A DNA stretch of 64,000 nt from an uncultured virus (IMG/VR IMGVR_UViG_3300035145_003630). Lineage: Duplodnaviria; Heunggongvirae; Uroviricota; Caudoviricetes. Each line of letters starts with the position of its first letter. Position 1 is the stretch's first letter. Of this stretch, positions 50,177 through 58,821 are shown one piece after another. Below the pieces are notes generated by a model that was given only the letters and a program-made list of their open reading frames with translations, had not been told where the DNA came from and did no database searches. The position numbers and the translations under genes are program-made. The stretch is taken from the IMG/VR virus record IMGVR_UViG_3300035145_003630; one strand, 5' to 3'.

Positions 50177-51293
50177 TATTTACTGTTTCCTCGTAAAGGT
50201 CTTTCACTTCTTCACTGACCTCTACTTCACTATACATATTGTGTAAAGTTTTTTCCAACTCTTCAGCTTGAGTAATAGACTGAGCAATGATGTAAGTAAT
50301 TCTATATGGGTCCGCATTGGATGCAGGTCTTCTATCTTCCACATAACCCTTCCAATCTTCAGAAGTCGATAAAGGAACACGGATGGACGCACCTCTGTCA
50401 GATACACCCCAACTGAACTTATCAATACTTTGAGTCTCGTGAAGACCTGTCAATCTCATCTCGTTAGATGAACCGTAACACTTGATGTGTTCCAAGTGAC
50501 GACCCTCAAACGTTTTGAAGATTGCGTCAAAGTAATTTTTACCACCTTCATTTCTCATTCTGTCGTTAGAGAAGTTACAGTGTAGACCTGAACCGTTCCA
50601 ATCACCAGTCACAGGTTTTGGATGGAACTCAATCTTGAACCCATAATCCTCAGACATTTGGTTCAACATGTAACGAGAAACCCATAGGTCGTCAGCTGAT
50701 TTCAACTTACCCATACCGAAGACTTGGTATTCCCATTGACCTAACATCACCTCAGCATTGGTACCAGTAATATCAATACCCGCCATGATACAGTTCTCCA
50801 TGTGTTGTTCAACAAACTCACGACCGTGAACCTGTCCATTACCCACACCACAGTAATACTTACCCTGTGGTTCAGGATATCCATTGGTTGGGAAACCCAA
50901 AGGCTTACCATCCTTCATGATTGTGTATTCCTGCTCAAAACCGAACCACAACCCTTCTTCTTCCTCACCAATCAAATGACGAGTGTTAGTTTCGTGAGGT
51001 GTCCCATCAGGATTTAATACCTCACACAAAACCAAGTAAGAATCCAACATACCCTTATTCATTGGGTTTGGATACAACCTTACTGGTTTCAAAAGACAAT
51101 CAGAGAAGTGTCCTTCTGCCTGTTGGGTTGATGAACCATCAAAACCCCACATAGGACAATCATCTAATCCCACACCATGCACTCTCTTTCCATTCACCTC
51201 GTGCGTCGGTGCATTCACTACCTTTACTTTACTTCTCAGGTTTGGCTCAGGGTAGTAACCGTCCAACCAGATGTATTCTAATTTAATTTTCAT
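50166..51293 (-). CDS. glnII: glutamine synthetase type II
   Basis: EYIWLDG, WGFDGSST.QA, FGFEQEY, NAEVM.GQWE, GDWNGSG.H, RLTG.HET, RGASIR, EDRRPASN.DPY. Confidence 0.95.
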   Translation of the reverse strand: MKIKLEYIWLDGYYPEPNLRSKVKVVNAPTHEVNGKRVHGVGLDDCPMWGFDGSSTQQAEGHFSDCLLKPVRLYPNPMNKGMLDSYLVLCEVLNPDGTPHETNTRHLIGEEEEGLWFGFEQEYTIMKDGKPLGFPTNGYPEPQGKYYCGVGNGQVHGREFVEQHMENCIMAGIDITGTNAEVMLGQWEYQVFGMGKLKSADDLWVSRYMLNQMSEDYGFKIEFHPKPVTGDWNGSGLHCNFSNDRMRNEGGKNYFDAIFKTFEGRHLEHIKCYGSSNEMRLTGLHETQSIDKFSWGVSDRGASIRVPLSTSEDWKGYVEDRRPASNADPYRITYIIAQSITQAEELEKTLHNMYSEVEVSEEVKDLYEETVNNGK

Positions 51294-51378
51294 AGAAATA
51301 TTGTTTTATACCCTATAATTATGGGGGTCTTACCCCAAAATATAAATAAAAAAGGGGGTAATACCCCCCTAATTTTTA

Positions 51379-51963
51379 TTATTCTTCGTAATCACTAATA
51401 GGTTCACCATCAGATTCAATCAAATCGTGACAATAAAGAACCATCTCACGTTGACGTTCATATAATGATTCCATGAAATCCATCTGAGTTTGTTCATACT
51501 CCTCGTCTTCCCAATCCATTTCTAATGTCGGGTCTTCCATTTCATCATCTTCCTCTTGCCAAATACAAGGAGTCCCATCTTTATCCTTTTTGATAACAAC
51601 AGCCCCAATAGGGTCATAACCTTCATCTTCATACATAACCTCAATAAAGACCTCAGGGTCAACCTCTACTAAGATATTGTAAAGGTGAATGAAAAATTTA
51701 ATTGGTGGGTACCATGCAGATTCAACACTGAATGACCCATCACCTTGAATGTCATATAAATAAGTCCACTTTGGACCTAAGTTATCCATTGACCACGTAT
51801 TCAATACCCCTTCACCACTTTCACCCATTTCTACTTCATTGTAGAAAGCCTTAGCAAAAGATGTTACATCACTGTATTCAACACCTTCCAATAGTTCGTC
51901 CACCTTCTTAACAACCTCTTCGTTGCCGTGGACCTCAATCATACTTTTTAGATAGTTTGCCAT
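51379..51963 (-). CDS. hypothetical protein (YubB/DUF1281-like ferredoxin-fold motif)
   Basis: W..DNLGPKW...ESAWYPP...YEDEG pattern. Confidence 0.65.
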   Translation of the reverse strand: MANYLKSMIEVHGNEEVVKKVDELLEGVEYSDVTSFAKAFYNEVEMGESGEGVLNTWSMDNLGPKWTYLYDIQGDGSFSVESAWYPPIKFFIHLYNILVEVDPEVFIEVMYEDEGYDPIGAVVIKKDKDGTPCIWQEEDDEMEDPTLEMDWEDEEYEQTQMDFMESLYERQREMVLYCHDLIESDGEPISDYEE

Positions 51964-51971
51964 TTTATTTA

Positions 51972-52133
51972 TTAATTTAGAATTGATTTACCTAAGATTA
52001 ATGGCGAACGGTCTTGATGGTCTGAAACGTAAAAAACGTTTTCACCCTCTTTAACGATTAACTCTTTACCCTCAAACATCTTGTAGTTCTTTCGGGCGTA
52101 GTCACTAACTTTTTGTGCAATTACTTTATCCAT
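51972..52133 (-). CDS. small hypothetical protein
   Basis: start set at ATG 52133 just after upstream stop. Confidence 0.55.
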   Translation of the reverse strand: MDKVIAQKVSDYARKNYKMFEGKELIVKEGENVFYVSDHQDRSPLILGKSILN

Positions 52134-52134
52134 C

Positions 52135-52317
52135 TTACTCTTCAATACGATAATCGGTTCCACCATCTTTGTCACGTGTGAATTCAAATTCCACATCCCA
52201 ATCCCAAAACTCATCCCAAAATTGGTCTTCGTCTTTTTGATAAAGAGCATATTGCTCATCTGTCAGTTCTGCTGCGTAGAAACGATAATCCGTTTCAACT
52301 CTAATTAGTTTTGCCAT
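52135..52317 (-). CDS. small acidic hypothetical protein
   Basis: 60-aa ORF after TTTG-N20-TAATTTTG promoter (52343-52374). Confidence 0.65.
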   Translation of the reverse strand: MAKLIRVETDYRFYAAELTDEQYALYQKDEDQFWDEFWDWDVEFEFTRDKDGGTDYRIEE

Positions 52318-52404
52318 TTTTTAATTTATTTAATGTTTAAGACAAAATTAGGCAAAAAAAAGGAGGGAGTCAAACTCCCTCCATAAAATATTTCAACTTT
52401 TTTG

Positions 52405-54939
52405 TTAGAAGTTGTATCTCAAACTTGCGTTCCATGTTCTGCCGAAACCAAACCAAACTGAGTTTCTTACATCAATACCATTCCAAGTATCTACTGTATC
52501 ATCACCTACGTGGATGTTTGAGTTAGATTCTGCAATGTATGTTGTATTCAACAAGTTGTTAACGTTACCTCTGAACGTAAACTTACCCGAACGAACTGTG
52601 AAACCTAAGTCAACCAATCCATACGATGGTAATTTCAATGCTCCGTTATTTTCAGGTTGAGTAAAGTCTGAATCAGTGATTGAGTAGTCAGCGTAAAGAC
52701 CATCAACAAAACGGTAGTTCAAGTCCATATTAACTTTCTTACCAATTCTTTGGTCTACACCAGCAACCGCCACAAACTGAGCAGCATCACCTACTTTAGC
52801 ATCTTTCAAGTAAAGGACACCAGTACCAATTGACTGTTGGTTCTCATCAAACAATTCAGCCTCAAAGTCTTTAGTATATCTCCAGTCACCCATAGATAAC
52901 ATACCTCTTAATTTAGTATTGTTACTTACAGCGTATCTACCTTCAACTTCAATACCGTTGTGAACTACATCAATATCTCTGAACTGAGCAAATCCATCAA
53001 CACCTTGTTGGTTAGTCAATGAACGAGTAACGAATCTGTTACCCCATGTTGTAGTGTAAGCATTTACATTCAATGTAAGGTCTCTACCTACGAAACCGTA
53101 ACCCAATTCCAATGAACGAATCTCTTCGTTTTGTAAGTCAGGGTTGATTTCATTTGCGTAGTTAGGGAATACCGCATCAAACAATGGTTGTCTTGAAATG
53201 AAACCTGTGTTGAAGAATACGTTAGACTTCTCATCGATGTTGTAGTTTGCACCACCCTTGATGTATCCACCCAACTGGTTCTGAACTTCAGACTCAGGGT
53301 TACCTACTTGGTCAAAGTAATCAATTCTTTGGAAGGACTGATTAGATACACCTGCTTGAACTACTGCAGTCAAACGGTCAGTACCATACTCAGCTAAACC
53401 GTTCAAACCTTGCCATCCAACTTTACCTACATTGTAGTAGTCAATCTTAGGACCGTTTAGACCTGTGTTTCTAAATGGAGACGCTTCAACAGTAGTCTCA
53501 ATGATTTGACCCATTGAGTTATCGTTACCTGTTGAGTAGTACCCATCAAGTCCCATAAGGTTATTCAATACACGGTAGTGGTAACCTGTGTAGTTTCTTA
53601 AGTCAACACCCAAAGAAGTTTTCCAATTACCTTTTTCATACACTAAGTTAGAGATACCTCCAACCCAGTTGTGTGAATTCATAGAAGCTCTACGAACCAA
53701 TACTACTCTGTTTACATTAGAGTCTCTAAAACCGTTAGAACCAATCAACATACCTTGGTAACCTGAGATGTCGCCTGTGTAACCCTCAGTTGAAGATTGA
53801 TTAGCCGCTACGATAGCATCAAAGTCAATGAATCCATTCTCATCTCTTGAACCTCTACCATTTTCCAAGTAGTGTTCAGTAAGGTCCTTTCTAAATGGAA
53901 GGATGTCAGTAGCAGAACCACGGTAGTTGTTACCACGTGGACCAGTACCACCACCACGACCAGCTGAACCGTACAATGATGTGTTCAATGTTAAGTTAGA
54001 ATTGATTTCCCAATCCCAGTTCAATGTTGCTAACGGTTTGTTGTAGAAGTTTCTTCTCATTGAGAACTCCTCACCATTCAATGTACCACCGTTAGAGTTC
54101 CAACGTTGGTCAATACCATCCTCACCAAAGTTTTGGTAGTCACGGATAGATACCCATACATCTCTTTGGTGGTGCCATTGTCCTGCACCTAAGATAGATA
54201 AGTTCAACTCGTGGTCTGAACCTTTAGGAGCGTAGCCGACAGCACCGAAGTATGTCCAACCTTCACCTGAAGTGTTGTATACATATCCGTTACCTTGCCA
54301 CTTACTCAATAAGAATGATGTTGCCCATCCATCCTCATTTTTACCAGTGTTGTAAGACGCACCTGTTTTAAGGTAACCGTCGTTACCAACCATCTGTAAT
54401 ACAGAACCACCTTCAGACTTCTGAGCTGCCTTAGTGAAGATAGATACCGTACCACCCACAGATGGAACCGCCAAACGTGATGCACCCAAACCTCTTTGGA
54501 TTTGAATACCTGATGCTACGTCAGTCAAACCTTGCCAGTTAGACCAATACACCCAACCATTCTCCATATCATTCACGGGCTGTCCGTTGATAAGGAAAGA
54601 AGTGTTACGTTGGTCAAAACCACGAAGTGACAAACGTGAGTCACCGTAACCACCACCTTGTTTAGTTGCGTATACACCTGGTGTGTTGTTCATGATTTCA
54701 GGGAATTCTAAGTTACCCGTCTTCAATGTGATTTCAGAAGGTGAAATCGTAGATACAGCAATTGGTGTTTCTCTTACCTTAGCAATATCGATGACTCCCG
54801 ATGTTACAACAACCTCGTCCAATGTCTCAGAGTTGAATAGGGAATCAAGTGCTTCAAGATTTTGGGCCTCTTGAGCGAAGGCACTGTTTACTGTCAATAA
54901 TGCCCCAGCAAGTAAGGCCAATAAATTCACTTTTTTCAT
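52405..54939 (-). CDS. TonB-dependent outer-membrane receptor
   Basis: signal peptide, TonB-box-like LDEVVVT, plug (LRGF...LINGQP), C-terminal GRTWNASLRYNF. Confidence 0.92.
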   Translation of the reverse strand: MKKVNLLALLAGALLTVNSAFAQEAQNLEALDSLFNSETLDEVVVTSGVIDIAKVRETPIAVSTISPSEITLKTGNLEFPEIMNNTPGVYATKQGGGYGDSRLSLRGFDQRNTSFLINGQPVNDMENGWVYWSNWQGLTDVASGIQIQRGLGASRLAVPSVGGTVSIFTKAAQKSEGGSVLQMVGNDGYLKTGASYNTGKNEDGWATSFLLSKWQGNGYVYNTSGEGWTYFGAVGYAPKGSDHELNLSILGAGQWHHQRDVWVSIRDYQNFGEDGIDQRWNSNGGTLNGEEFSMRRNFYNKPLATLNWDWEINSNLTLNTSLYGSAGRGGGTGPRGNNYRGSATDILPFRKDLTEHYLENGRGSRDENGFIDFDAIVAANQSSTEGYTGDISGYQGMLIGSNGFRDSNVNRVVLVRRASMNSHNWVGGISNLVYEKGNWKTSLGVDLRNYTGYHYRVLNNLMGLDGYYSTGNDNSMGQIIETTVEASPFRNTGLNGPKIDYYNVGKVGWQGLNGLAEYGTDRLTAVVQAGVSNQSFQRIDYFDQVGNPESEVQNQLGGYIKGGANYNIDEKSNVFFNTGFISRQPLFDAVFPNYANEINPDLQNEEIRSLELGYGFVGRDLTLNVNAYTTTWGNRFVTRSLTNQQGVDGFAQFRDIDVVHNGIEVEGRYAVSNNTKLRGMLSMGDWRYTKDFEAELFDENQQSIGTGVLYLKDAKVGDAAQFVAVAGVDQRIGKKVNMDLNYRFVDGLYADYSITDSDFTQPENNGALKLPSYGLVDLGFTVRSGKFTFRGNVNNLLNTTYIAESNSNIHVGDDTVDTWNGIDVRNSVWFGFGRTWNASLRYNF

Positions 54940-54967
54940 GTTAATTTATTTTGAGTTTATTTATTAT

Positions 54968-55059
54968 AAAAAAAGCCGAAGTGTTCCTTCGGCCTTTGAT
55001 ATACAGGTTAATTGCCCCATTATTCCATGAGGTATTGGTTTCGGTTAGGGTATATATCG
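54968..55059 (-). promoter_or_regulatory. candidate attenuator/riboswitch-like leader with terminator upstream of the TonB receptor
   Basis: GATATA/TATATC-closed element then GCCGAAG-gaaca-CTTCGGC-T tract ending about 30 nt before the ATG. Confidence 0.4.
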
Positions 55060-55061
55060 TT

Positions 55062-55196
55062 TTACCTTCCTTGACCACGATATTTCTTTTTGTAATTTTT
55101 TGATGTTTTGTTACGAGACGTGTTGTTCTTTGAGTGAATACCCGGACGAGACTTGTGTGGTGTCTCCAATTTTCCCATTGAGTTTAGTTTTGCCAT
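55062..55196 (-). CDS. 44-aa basic peptide ending KKYRGQGR
   Basis: manual translation; -7 box TATATTTG at 55240-55247. Confidence 0.7.
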   Translation of the reverse strand: MAKLNSMGKLETPHKSRPGIHSKNNTSRNKTSKNYKKKYRGQGR

Positions 55197-55278
55197 TTCG
55201 GTTTTCTAATTATTAAATGTTTGACTTGTTTTAACTCTACAAATATATACGAAATAAATTCACAAAAACAAGTATCTG

Positions 55279-56961
55279 TTAAAAGAAATCAAAAAAATCA
55301 TCTTTTGGTCCGTCAGTGTTGTCCCACACCAACATTTTTTTATTCCAATAGGCTTGTCTGGTTACTTCTTTCCCATTTGGAAACGTCTTTTTCATCTTGG
55401 GAACCTCAATGACTCTCAACTCACTTAACCTTTTTACCCTGTTTTGAATTTCCTCTAACACATAGTTCCAATTAGAACTTAGTAACTCATTAAAACGTCC
55501 CAAAGACTGAACATTGGTAGGGTGACCACCCTTATCATACCTGAACTCAATGGTCGCCCTTTCCTTACCGTTTCTACTACCTTCTCTAATAGAAATAATA
55601 AAACAGTCAGGTCTTTCAATATACGTCCTTACACAGTTCTTTTGATGTCCACTCTCTTCATTGTAATCATCACTATCCCTCAATAAAACAGGATAGTAAT
55701 CCATATGAGGACCCATGATAATCTCTTGTAATTCTTTCACCATCATCTCAGGGTAATTCCTTTCAATGATACCGTGCTTGTAACTGTCCAAAGTGTTGGT
55801 CCATTCATCGTGTTCACGGTTGAACTCCTCTTTGGTTCTGGCCTTGAACTTAACATCCACATCAAATTCCTTAAGATTGTTTTTGAACCTTAGGTGGTCC
55901 CTAAGTAATGATACCAATGAGTGTTCAACACTGATGATTGAGGTCCCTTGAGTTTTCTTCACATAGTCGTTACATAAATCTACAATCGCACTCTTCTCAC
56001 TATTATTCAAACCACAGTCTTCATAATAACTACGTATACCCATACCCATATTCCGTGTTGCCTGTGCGGTAGTGAAAGTGAAAGTGAGGTCCAACTTATT
56101 GAAGAAGTCAACACCCAACATATTATAAAGGTAGTTTAAGGTGTAATAGTCAACTTCATTGGGTGAGTTCAATATACCTCTAACCTTTTTACCTCTATAA
56201 CCATAAATTTTCATAAAGGCATCCACTACAGAATCCGTTTTCTTCAATTTAGCCTTACTTAACGGAACGTTCATAAACTTAAATGGACCATCAGGTAGTT
56301 TGAATCCGTTCTCTTTATAGTAAAACAAAAACAAACAATCCACCAGTTTCTGTATATCATCAAACTTATGTGACACACCTAACTTCTCATTGAAGATGTT
56401 GACCGCTGACCTTAGTTGTTGCCAACCATGTTTGGTGTCCAACCACATTGAATCTGTTCCTGACAATGAAATCTCATTGACAACCTGAACCATATGGGAA
56501 AGGATGGATGTAATATCATTCCATTTATTAACCTTGATAGAACCACCCTTAACTTTCTTCTTACCACGAACACGAATACCCGAATAAAAGTTCTTATACT
56601 TTTTGTTATAAGTTACATATGACAACTGTTGGGTAACACCGAAATAGGATGTACCCACCTTGCGACCCTTAGAAAAGTTATATAACTTTATTGCTATTGA
56701 ATTCTCTTTCTCTTCAACAACTAATGTGGCACGTTCAATGAAGACAGATTTGGTTTGGTCACCATAGTATTCTTTGATGTCCTCATCACTTTTTAGGATA
56801 ACCTTTTGTTTCTTAACCCATAATGGTTTCTTCTTTGAAGGACCGTTATATCTGAAACCCCAATCCTCTTCAATATTGTTAGGGGAATCGTCAATGGAAC
56901 ATTCGTTATTGAATGTCCACATCCACGCGGTTTGGTCCTGAAATTTGAAATGAGTATCCAT
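55279..56961 (-). CDS. PcfJ-like domain protein
   Basis: EESGHQKNCVRTY...RATIE...QSLGRFN near C-terminus. Confidence 0.75.
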   Translation of the reverse strand: MDTHFKFQDQTAWMWTFNNECSIDDSPNNIEEDWGFRYNGPSKKKPLWVKKQKVILKSDEDIKEYYGDQTKSVFIERATLVVEEKENSIAIKLYNFSKGRKVGTSYFGVTQQLSYVTYNKKYKNFYSGIRVRGKKKVKGGSIKVNKWNDITSILSHMVQVVNEISLSGTDSMWLDTKHGWQQLRSAVNIFNEKLGVSHKFDDIQKLVDCLFLFYYKENGFKLPDGPFKFMNVPLSKAKLKKTDSVVDAFMKIYGYRGKKVRGILNSPNEVDYYTLNYLYNMLGVDFFNKLDLTFTFTTAQATRNMGMGIRSYYEDCGLNNSEKSAIVDLCNDYVKKTQGTSIISVEHSLVSLLRDHLRFKNNLKEFDVDVKFKARTKEEFNREHDEWTNTLDSYKHGIIERNYPEMMVKELQEIIMGPHMDYYPVLLRDSDDYNEESGHQKNCVRTYIERPDCFIISIREGSRNGKERATIEFRYDKGGHPTNVQSLGRFNELLSSNWNYVLEEIQNRVKRLSELRVIEVPKMKKTFPNGKEVTRQAYWNKKMLVWDNTDGPKDDFFDFF

Positions 56962-57016
56962 ATAAAGTTATGTTTACCCAAAGTATAATAAAAAGAAAAG
57001 AGGGAAACAACCCCTC

Positions 57017-58456
57017 TTATATGATACCTCCATAGTAGTTATTATTAGTTGTCCACAACTGATAACCTCTTCTGAGTAAATTCCGACTAAAGTTTATATC
57101 AAAATCACCTTCATCATAATTTTCTACATTCTTAGTATACAAATCCAATATATTTGAAATAATACCACTCCTAAAAACAATGATTCCTGTGACATACCCC
57201 ACACTGAAGTTACCGTGAATTTTGTATTTTTTAATCTTTTCTTGTTCCTCAGTATCGATAACATACCCATCACTATCTGTTCTGAACCAAAAGTTGACCC
57301 ATTCAGTTCCTTCCCCAACAATCATTGGTGAAATGATGTTTTTATTTTCTTTCATCAATAATTTGATTGATTCTCTATTCCTAAAGATATAATTACAATC
57401 CATATTGACAATGTAGTCTACTTCGTAATTAAGGGATTGGTTCAACGATAAGTTTCTCACCTCAGCCCTTGACATAGAGTTATAGACTTTGGTAATCGTA
57501 TTATACTCAGATTCAAAACCATTGATAAACCTATCAATCTTATAGGTATGTGAATCATCATTATAGTATAACCTTAAGTCTATATTGAACTTAGGATAGT
57601 TTAGATATCTGATTTGGTCAAAGACCTGGTCAATATCACCTACCTCGAAATCTAAGAATACATTGATTAGTAATTTATTACTACCGTCAATAATTGATGA
57701 TGAAGAATTTAACTCACCATAGATTTCATCTAACCTATCTTTTATGTAGTCAGGACCATTACCATGGATGATACTTGGCGTAGTATTTGTGACTACATTA
57801 CGTATCTTACCTGACTCAACTTTAACTTCATCAATCGCTAAGTTGAGTGTCTGAAACAATATTTGTTGGTAGTCCAAAGTAATTTCTTCAGTTTGATTGA
57901 AGATAGATTCCAAAAAGTAAGTCGTATAATATTCTTGGTCATCATCACTTTTTTTGATTTCAATGTCTACCATCTCGAGAATATGATTACCATATCCAAC
58001 AATCCCTCCTGAGTTCAAATACTTATACTCACCTTCAACCTCAGGGTATTCATCAGCAATATTACTATTCGGCCAACAGGTCTTTTCAGCACTGAAGACT
58101 ATGGGACTATCAAACTCTCTGAATTTTCTAACAATCTCTTTAGGTCCGTCGTTGAATATAACATCATATGAATCTGTGAATAGAATTATAGTATTCTCCA
58201 AGTCGTCCCACGTCTTAATCTCATCTCTTAGATAAATGATTTTCTGAGCACCACCTGGTTCCAGTAATACTCCGTTTTCTGCACGACCACTTTCCCACTT
58301 ATCACCCAAACCTAAAACCATATAAGGGATACCGTTTTCTTTACAACTGTCCTCGAATCTCTGTAGGTTATCGTTTCTTTCTGTCGCAACAGTAATCACA
58401 ACAAAACGGTCAATACCGTCTGAATAGACATTACTTACTTTGTTATAAAGACCCAT
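57017..58456 (-). CDS. PLOD/LH3-like glycosyltransferase (GT plus accessory domain, no hydroxylase domain)
   Basis: LGLG..W, GGAQKI, FTDSYDV, VFSAE..CWP, YLNSGG, DDDQ.YYT, HGNG, IISPM...W.NFW. Confidence 0.85.
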   Translation of the reverse strand: MGLYNKVSNVYSDGIDRFVVITVATERNDNLQRFEDSCKENGIPYMVLGLGDKWESGRAENGVLLEPGGAQKIIYLRDEIKTWDDLENTIILFTDSYDVIFNDGPKEIVRKFREFDSPIVFSAEKTCWPNSNIADEYPEVEGEYKYLNSGGIVGYGNHILEMVDIEIKKSDDDQEYYTTYFLESIFNQTEEITLDYQQILFQTLNLAIDEVKVESGKIRNVVTNTTPSIIHGNGPDYIKDRLDEIYGELNSSSSIIDGSNKLLINVFLDFEVGDIDQVFDQIRYLNYPKFNIDLRLYYNDDSHTYKIDRFINGFESEYNTITKVYNSMSRAEVRNLSLNQSLNYEVDYIVNMDCNYIFRNRESIKLLMKENKNIISPMIVGEGTEWVNFWFRTDSDGYVIDTEEQEKIKKYKIHGNFSVGYVTGIIVFRSGIISNILDLYTKNVENYDEGDFDINFSRNLLRRGYQLWTTNNNYYGGII

Positions 58457-58488
58457 AGATATTTTTTTTAGAAAAATAAGAAAGGTTT

Positions 58489-58773
58489 CTAATTAAGAAA
58501 TATTTTACCGTAAGAAGTTTCGAAATACGGTTCAACCAAATTGATGACCTCTTCTTCAGGTTGCATGTGGTTGAGTTTGAGAATGATATTAATCATTTGT
58601 TTTTGTGTGAGTTCAATGTCCTCACCCTTTTCATAGTTTTCATTGGCGGTTTTCTCCACCTCATCAAAGAAACTATTCGGCTCAGCAACACCAATGAGTT
58701 TCTGTAACTCCTCAGGATTGTCAGTGAAAAACTTCACAAAGTTACTTACGTATATTTGGACATCTACATTCAT
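58489..58773 (-). CDS. hypothetical protein
   Basis: 94-aa ORF with -7 box TATATTTG upstream. Confidence 0.7.
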   Translation of the reverse strand: MNVDVQIYVSNFVKFFTDNPEELQKLIGVAEPNSFFDEVEKTANENYEKGEDIELTQKQMINIILKLNHMQPEEEVINLVEPYFETSYGKIFLN

Positions 58774-58821
58774 AATTCAAATATAAAAAAAATCAGGACA
58801 AAAGTCCTGACTTATTTAGTA

